Positions 23,448-32,075 of a DNA stretch of 32,075 bases are shown in pieces. The translations under genes were made by a program, and so were the position numbers. This DNA comes from Nemertoderma westbladi (Eukaryota > Animalia > Xenacoelomorpha). The first letter of the stretch is position 1. Each line of letters begins with the position of its first letter. The stretch lies in assembly GCA_032718475.1 (NCBI GenBank), contig JAUCBJ010008783.1, forward strand, positions 1 through 32,075, given 5' to 3'. The notes beneath the pieces are model-generated. The model was given only the letters and a program-made list of their open reading frames with translations. It made no database searches and was not told the origin of the DNA.

Positions 23448-24356
23448 ATTTGGAGTGGACTATTTGAACGCACTGTCTAGACATGATGCAACGCCAATAA
23501 TGAATATGTGGGGGCAAGGGACTTACTTAATGCTGTGGCGGGGGGTGTGGGGCGAGCCACACAATGATACCAACTGGTGTACTCTGTCAGTCTCTAAAAG
23601 TAGTCAGTCTGACTACTTTTATGTTCTTATGTACAGAAACGCAACTTTATCCCCATCAACTAAAGGAGTTTTTTAGAAAGTCGGCCACGATCAGTTAAAT
23701 TGACCCGCGATCCGATTACGTAACGAGAATAGGTCTAATTCTCAACCTTTTTTTTATCTCGTTCCAGCTGATACTACCACAGTTCGAATGGGTTAATCAA
23801 TAACTCGAGTCAAGTCCGAATAGGCCTGTCAATAATTCTATGGGGAAATCGATGTGTCTGCCATCTTCAATACATTGATACAATAGTTGTACAAACACAT
23901 AGTAATCACCGGTTTATAAACCAATACCCGACCCGTCTTATCATACATCATTGGTTATCCAAACAAAAGGGTCAATAAGAAGGTGATTGATTGGCAACTT
24001 TATATTATCAAAGAGTGAGTGACGGGTTAGAACGGGGGTTAAACTTTTATGGAATATTATGTTTTCTAGTTTAATAAAGAACAACATTTATGATATAAAA
24101 CGAAATTGCAATATTTCAAATTTACCCTATACTACACCATGACCACCCGTGATATATTGTAATTTCTTGATGACAAGTACCCCCACCCCCCCCCCCCCCT
24201 CCCAATTTTCTACAAATTTTTATCATATTGCTTGAAAATTCAAACACTTCTAGTTCAACTCACTGTCGATATTACCATGAAGCCGGAATTTTTTAAAATT
24301 TCTATTATATAGGAATCTTAATAAAGATATTTTAAAGGAATTCGTCCTGGAATATA

Positions 24357-24902
24357 GTGTTGTTATTTTGGTACATTACCCCCCCCCCCCCCCCCCCCCC
24401 CAGCCCAAAAAAAATTTAATATATATTTGTACACATCTTAATGAGATTCCATTAAATTTGAAATAAATATAGTTTCACCTAACTCCTCCTTGCTTGAGTC
24501 AGCATTTTATTTTTCGTCTCATTTTATTAGATACAAGCGTTTGAAAAAGTTGTCCCGGCGACATTTCACCAGTTACACTGCAGTTATTCTTCAACCTAAT
24601 AGTCATTAGCAGCACAACTATGCAACTTTAGATCTTATCTCAGTTATTTTACGACGAAATTCATATTGTGTTACATACTTGAAATCCTTACATAACCAGC
24701 TTGCCATCAGTACCAACAAATCACTTCAAGGTTGAAGAATAACTGCGGTGTAACTGATGCAATATCGACGGAGACACTTTTTTCAAACGCTTTTATCTAA
24801 AAAATGATAGCAAAAATTAAAATTCTGACTCACCAATAGTAAGGAGGAGGGAGGTGAAACTAACTTTATTTCAAATTTCATGTCATTAAGATGTGTAGAG
24901 AG

Positions 24903-24938
<36 letters not shown>

Positions 24939-24959
24939 ATGTACCTGAATAACGACACT
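24357..24959. mobile_element. MITE/foldback with ~240-bp inverted arms containing paired poly-C / poly-G tracts
   Basis: 24357-24597 (gtgttgttatt..gtacat..Cn..catcttaatga..cagttattcttcaacct) is the approximate reverse complement of 24729-24959. Confidence 0.8.
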
Positions 24960-25205
24960 TACATTACATGCTGTAATGTTGTGTATTAAATATAATAAAT
25001 GGCCTACAGCTAACGGTAATTACCATATTTGAACGCATATCTCAGTTGTTTCACAACAAAATTCAGATATTGTTACATATTTCCATATTTGGAATCCTTG
25101 CAACGCAGCCTTTCTATAATGATATGAACAAATCACGACTGTAATGCGACAGCAACCGTATCACCATGCGCCGCACCCTCCACATCCACAACCAAAATAT
25201 TTATA

Positions 25206-28200
25206 AACAAAATGTTACAGAGAGTCAGGGAACGGCACCAATAAAATGGTACAAATAACGGCACCAACAAAATGGTACAGATAACGGCACCAACAAAATG
25301 GTAAAGGGAACGGCAAAAACAAAATGGTACAGAGAGTCAGGGAACGGCACCAATAAAATGGTAAAGGGAACGGCACCAACAAAATGGTACAGATAACGGC
25401 ACCAACAAAATGGTAAAGGGAACGGCAAAAACAAAATGTTACAGAGAGTCAGGGAACGGCACCAATAAAATGGTAAAGGGAACGGCACCAACAAAATGGT
25501 ACAGATAACGGCACCAACAAAATGGTACAGATAACGGCACCAACAAAATGGTAAAGGGAACGGCAAAAACAAAATGGTACAGAGTGTCAGGGAACGGCAC
25601 CAACAAAATGGTAAAGGGAACGGCACCAACAAAATGGTACAGAGTGTCAGGGAACGGCACCAACAAAATGGTAAAGGGAGCGACACCAACAAAATGGTAA
25701 AGGGAGCGACACCAACAAAATGGTACAGAGTGTCAGGGAACGGCACCAACAAAATGGTACAGGGAACGGCAAGAACAAAATGGTACAGAGTGTCAGGGAA
25801 CGGCACCAACAAAATGGTACAGAGTGTCAGGGAACGGCACCAACAAAATGGTAAAGGGAGCGACACCAACAAAATGGTACAGGGAACGGCACCAACAAAA
25901 TGGTACAGAGTGTCAGGGAACGGCACCAACAAAATGGTACAGGGAACGGCAAGAACAAAATGGTACAGAGTGTCAGGGAACGGCACCAACAAAATGGTAC
26001 AGGGAACGACACCAACAAAATGGTACAGAGAGTCAGGGAACGGCACCAACAAAATGGTAAAGGGAGCGACACCAACAAAATGGTACAGGGAACGGCAAGA
26101 ACAAAATGGTACAGAGAGTCAGGGAACGGCACCAACAAAATGTTAAAGGGAACGGCACCAACAAAATGGTACAGAGAACGGCAAGAACAAAATGGTACAG
26201 AGAGTCAGGGAACGGCACCAACAAAATGTTAAAGGGAACGGCACCAACAAAATGGTACAGAGTGTCAGGGAACGGCACCAACAAAATGGTAAAGGGAACG
26301 ACACCAACAAAATGGTACAGATAACGGCACCAACAAAATGTTAAAGGGAACGGCACCAACAAAATGGTACAGAGAGTCAGGGAACGGCACCAACAAAATG
26401 TTAAAGGGAACGGCACCAACAAAATGGTACAGGGAACGGCAAGAACAAAATGGTACAGAGTGTCAGGGAACGGCACCAACAAAATGGTAAAGGGAGCGAC
26501 ACCAACAAAATGGTACAGGGAACGGCAAGAACAAAATGGTACAGAGAGTCAGGGAACGGCACCAACAAAATGTTAAAGGGAACGGCACCAACAAAATGGT
26601 ACAGAGAACGGCAAGAACAAAATGGTACAGAGAGTCAGGGAACGGCACCAACAAAATGTTAAAGGGAACGGCACCAACAAAATGGTACAGGGAACGGCAA
26701 GAACAAAATGGTACAGAGTGTCAGGGAACGGCACCAACAAAATGGTAAAGGGAACGACACCAACAAAATGGTACAGATAACGGCACCAACAAAATGTTAA
26801 AGGGAACGGCACCAACAAAATGGTACAGAGTGTCAGGGAACGGCACCAACAAAATGGTAAAGGGAACGACACCAACAAAATGGTACAGAGTGTCAGGGAA
26901 CGACACCAACAAAATGTTAAAGGGAACGGCACCAACAAAATGGTACAGAGTGTCAGGGAACGGCACCAACAAAATGTTAAAGGGAACGGCACCAACAAAA
27001 TGGTACAGAGTGTCAGGGAACGACACCAACAAAATGGTACAGGGAACGGCAAGAACAAAATGGTACAGGGAACGGCACCAACAAAATGGTACAGAGTGTC
27101 AGGGAACGGCACCAACAAAATGGTAGAGGGAGCGACACCAACAAAATGGTACAGAGTGTCAGGGAACGGCACCAACAAAATGGTAAAGGGAACGGCACCA
27201 ACAAAATGGTACAGAGTGTCAGGGAACGGCACCAACAAAATGGTACAGAGAGTCAGGGAACGGCACCAACAAAATGGTAAAGGGAACGGCACCAACAAAA
27301 TGGTACAGAGTGTCAGGGAACGGCACCAACAAAATGGTACAGAGAGTCAGGGAACGGCACCAACAAAATGGTAGAGGGAGCGACACCAACAAAATGGTAC
27401 AGAGTGTCAGGGAACGGCACCAACAAAATGGTAAAGGGAACGGCACCAACAAAATGGTACAGAGTGTCAGGGAACGGCACCAACAAAATGGTAAAGGGAA
27501 CGGCAAGAACAAAATGGTACAGAGGTCAGGGAACGGCACCAACAAAATGGTAAAGGGAACGGCACCAACAAAATGGTAAAGGGAGCGAGCACCAACAAAA
27601 TGGTAAAGGGAGCGACACCAACAAAATGGTACAGGGAACGGCAAGAACAAAATGGTACAGAGAGTCAGGGAACGGCACCAACAAAATGGTACAGAGGTCA
27701 GGGAACGGCACCAACAAAATGGTAAAGGGAACGGCAAGAACAAAATGGTACAGAGTGTCAGGGAACGGCACCAACAAAATGTTAAAGGGAACGGCACCAA
27801 CAAAATGGTACAGAGTGTCAGGGAACGGCACCAACAAAATGGTAAAGGGAACGGCACCAACAAAATGGTACAGAGTGTCAGGGAACGGCACCAACAAAAT
27901 GGTACAGAGAGTCAGGGAACGGCACCAACAAAATGGTAAAGGGAACGGCACCAACAAAATGGTACAGAGTGTCAGGGAACGGCACCAACAAAATGGTAAA
28001 GGGAACGACACCAACAAAATGGTACAGAGTGTCAGGGAACGGCACCAACAAAATGGTACAGGGAACGGCAAGAACAAAATGGTACAGAGAGTCAGGGAAC
28101 GGCACCAACAAAATGGTAAAGGGAGCGACACCAACAAAATGGTACAGGGAGACGGCACCAACAAAATGGTAAAGGGAACGGCACCAACAAAATGGTAAAG

Positions 28201-31200
28201 GGAACGGCACCAACAAAATGGTAAAGGGAACGGCACAAACAAAATGGTACAGAGTGTCAGGGAACGGCACCAACAAAATGGTAAAGGGAACGGCACCAAC
28301 AAAATGGTACAGAGTGTCAGGGAACGGCACCAACAAAATGGTAAAGGGAGCGACACCAACAAAATGGTAAAGGGAGCGACACCAACAAAATGGTACAGAG
28401 TGTCAGGGAACGACACCAACAAAATGGTAAAGGGAGCGCACCAACAAAATGGTAAAGGGACGCACCAACAAAATGGTACAGGGAACGGCAAGAACAAAAT
28501 GGTACAGAGAGTCAGGGAACGGCACCAACAAAATGGTAAAGGGAGCGACACCAACAAAATGGTACAGAGTGTCAGGGAACGGCACCAACAAAATGGTAAA
28601 GGGAGCGACACCAACAAAATGGTAAAGGGAACGACACCAACAAAATGGTACAGAGAACGGCACCAACAAAATGGTACAGAGAACGGCAAGAACAAAATGG
28701 TACAGAGAGTCAGGGAACGGCACCAACAAAATGGTAAAGGGAACGGCACCAACAAAATGGTAAAGGGAACGGCACCAACAAAATGTTAAAGGGAACGGCA
28801 CAAACAAAATGGTACAGAGTGTCAGGGAACGACACCAACAAAATGGTAAAGGGAACGGCACCAACAAAATGGTACAGAGTGTCAGGGAACGACACCAACA
28901 AAATGGTAAAGGGAGCGACACCAACAAAATGGTAAAGGGAGCGACACCAACAAAATGGTACAGAGTGTCAGGGAACGACACCAACAAAATGGTAAAGGGA
29001 GCGACACCAACAAAATGGTAAAGGGAGCGACACCAACAAAATGGTACAGGGAACGGCAAGAACAAAATGGTACAGAGAGTCAGGGAACGGCACCAACAAA
29101 ATGGTAAAGGGAGCGACACCAACAAAATGGTACAGAGTGTCAGGGAACGGCACCAACAAAATGGTAAAGGGAGCGACACCAACAAAATGGTAAAGGGAGC
29201 GACACCAACAAAATGGTACAGAGTGTCAGGGAACGGCACCAACAAAATGGTAAAGGGAGCGACACCAACAAAATGGTACAGGGAACGGCAAGAACAAAAT
29301 GGTACAGAGTGTCAGGGAACGGCACCAACAAAATGGTAAAGGGAGCGACACCAACAAAATGGTACAGGGAACGGCAAGAACAAAATGGTACAGAGAGTCA
29401 GGGAACGGCACCAACAAAATGGTAAAGGGAGCGACACCAACAAAATGGTACAGAGTGTCAGGGAACGGCACCAACAAAATGGTAAAGGGAGCGACACCAA
29501 CAAAATGGTAAAGGGAGCGACACCAACAAAATGGTACAGAGTGTCAGGGAACGGCACCAACAAAATGGTAAAGGGAGCGACACCAACAAAATGGTACAGG
29601 GAACGGCAAGAACAAAATGGTACAGAGTGTCAGGGAACGGCACCAACAAAATGGTAAAGGGAGCGACACCAACAAAATGGTACAGGGAACGGCAAGAACA
29701 AAATGGTACAGAGTGTCAGGGAACGGCACCAACAAAATGTTAAAGGGAACGGCACCAACAAAATGGTACAGAGTGTCAGGGAACGGCACCAACAAAATGG
29801 TACAGGGAACGGCAAGAACAAAATGGTACAGGGAACGGCAAGAACAAAATGGTACAGAGTGTCAGGGAACGGCACCAACAAAATGGTAAAGGGAACGGCA
29901 CCAACAAAATGGTACAGGGAACGGCAAGAACAAAATGGTACAGAGTGTCAGGGAACGGCACCAACAAAATGTTAAAGGGAACGGCACCAACAAAATGGTA
30001 CAGAGAACGGCAAGAACAAAATGGTACAGAGAGTCAGGGAACGGCACCAACAAAATGTTAAAGGGAACGGCACCAACAAAATGGTACAGGGAACGGCAAG
30101 AACAAAATGGTACAGAGTGTCAGGGAACGGCACCAACAAAATGGTAAAGGGAGCGACACCAACAAAATGGTACAGGGAACGGCAAGAACAAAATGGTACA
30201 GAGTGTCAGGGAACGGCACCAACAAAATGGTAAAGGGAACGGCACCAACAAAATGGTACAGATAACGGCACCAACAAAATGGTAAAGGGAACGGCAAGAA
30301 CAAAATGGTACAGAGTGTCAGGGAACGGCACCAACAAAATGGTAAAGGGAGCGACACCAACAAAATGGTACAGGGAACGGCAAGAACAAAATGGTACAGA
30401 GTGTCAGGGAACGGCACCAACAAAATGGTAAAGGGAGCGACACCAACAAAATGGTACAGGGAACGGCAAGAACAAAATGGTACAGAGTGTCAGGGAACGG
30501 CACCAACAAAATGTTAAAGGGAACGGCACCAACAAAATGGTACAGAGTGTCAGGGAACGGCACCAACAAAATGGTACAGGGAACGGCACGAACAAAATGG
30601 TACAGGGAACGGCACCAACAAAATGGTACAGGGAACGGCAAGAACAAAATGTTAAAGGGAACGGCACCAACAAAATGGTACAGAGAACGGCACGAACAAA
30701 ATGGTACAGAGGTCAGGGAACGGCACCAACAAAATGTTAAAGGGAACGGCACCAACAAAATGGTACAGGGAACGGCAAGAACAAAATGGTACAGAGTGTC
30801 AGGGAACGGCACCAACAAAATGGTAAAGGGAACGGCACCAACAAAATGGTACAGAGTGTCAGGGAACGGCACCAACAAAATGGTACAGGGAACGGCACCA
30901 ACAAAATGGTACAGGGAACGGCACCAACAAAATGGTACAGAGGTCAGGGAACGGCACCAACAAAATGTTAAAGGGAACGGCACCAACAAAATGGTACAGG
31001 GAACGGCACCAACAAAATGGTACAGAGAGTCAGGGAACGGCACCAACAAAATGTTAAAGGGAACGGCACCAACAAAATGGTACAGAGAACGGCAAACAAA
31101 ATGGTACAGAGAGTCAGGGAACGGCACCAACAAAATGTTAAAGGGAACGGCACCAACAAAATGGTACAGGGAACGGCAGAACAAAATGGTACAGGGAACG

Positions 31201-32075
31201 GCACCAACAAAATGGTACAGAGTGTCAGGGAACGGCACCAACAAAATGGTAAAGGGAGCGACACCAACAAAATGGTACAGGGAACGGCAAGAACAAAATG
31301 GTACAGAGTGTCAGGGAACGGCACCAACAAAATGGTAAAGGGAACGGCACCAACAAAATGGTACAGATAACGGCACCAACAAAATGGTAAAGGGAACGGC
31401 AAGAACAAAATGGTACAGAGTGTCAGGGAACGGCACCAACAAAATGGTAAAGGGAGCGACACCAACAAAATGGTACAGGGAACGGCAAGAACAAAATGGT
31501 ACAGAGTGTCAGGGAACGGCACCAACAAAATGGTAAAGGGAGCGACACCAACAAAATGGTACAGGGAACGGCAAGAACAAAATGGTACAGAGTGTCAGGG
31601 AACGGCACCAACAAAATGGTAAAGGGAACGGCACCAACAAAATGGTACAGAGTGTCAGGGAACGGCACCAACAAAATGGTACAGGGAACGGCACCAACAA
31701 AATGGTACAGGGAACGGCACCAACAAAATGGTACAGAGTGTCAGGGAACGGCACCAACAAAATGGTAAAGGGAGCGACACCAACAAAATGGTACAGGGAA
31801 CGGCAAGAACAAAATGGTACAGAGTGTCAGGGAACGGCACCAACAAAATGGTAAAGGGAGCGACACCAACAAAATGGTACAGGGAACGGCAAGAACAAAA
31901 TGGTACAGAGTGTCAGGGAACGGCACCAACAAAATGGTAAAGGGAGCGGCACCAACAAAATGGTACAGAGAACGGCAAGAACAAAATGGTACAGAGTGTC
32001 AGGGAACGGCACCAACAAAATGTTAAAGGGAACGGCACCAACAAAATGGTACAGGGAACGGCAAGAACAAAATGG
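25206..32075. repeat. Modular 26/34-bp satellite with 60- and 86-bp higher-order units; runs off the window end
   Basis: 26-mer AAGGGAACGGCACCAACAAAATGGTA; 34-mer CAGAGTGTCAGGGAACGGCACCAACAAAATGGTA. ORF starts recur every 86 nt (e.g. 29213, 29299, 29385). Confidence 0.98.

Noticed and set aside
18940-25200. Search for the next upstream kindlin exon
   Set aside because: No splice-bounded segment with kindlin F1-like sequence was recognised. It probably lies beyond the window, though a small divergent exon could have been missed.
25225-32026. Dozens of overlapping ORFs on both strands
   Set aside because: These are translations of the 26/34-bp satellite. The unit lengths are not multiples of 3 and the same peptides recur in every frame.
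25206-32075. CRISPR-like appearance (constant repeat with variable intervening sequence)
   Set aside because: The intervening parts are short variants of one another, not unique spacers. There are no cas genes and the context is a eukaryotic intron.

Overview
AT-rich animal (probably invertebrate) genomic DNA, not prokaryotic. The window lies entirely inside a minus-strand kindlin/fermitin (FERMT/unc-112/Fit family) gene. Four internal coding exons (16306-16408, 11200-11307, 6448-6629, 5024-5264) have GT-AG boundaries and splice in frame across the FERM F1-F2 region and most of the inserted PH domain. I could not find the flanking exons in the window. About 43% of the window is four unrelated intronic tandem arrays: a 47-bp array of ~4.2 kb, a ~39-bp array of 9 copies, a CATTA-based array of ~2.3 kb, and a modular 26/34-bp array of >6.8 kb with an 86-bp higher-order repeat. 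The rest of the intronic DNA holds LINE fragments, MITE/foldback elements and DINE-1/Helentron-like elements. Nearly all long ORFs in the track are repeat artefacts. I cannot support a new multi-gene system. The best leads are the exon-adjacent satellite expansions and their internal organisation, a degenerate hammerhead-like motif between direct repeats, a duplicated splice donor, and an out-of-place WMAACR kindlin-like motif. All homology calls are from memory of the families, not from database searches.
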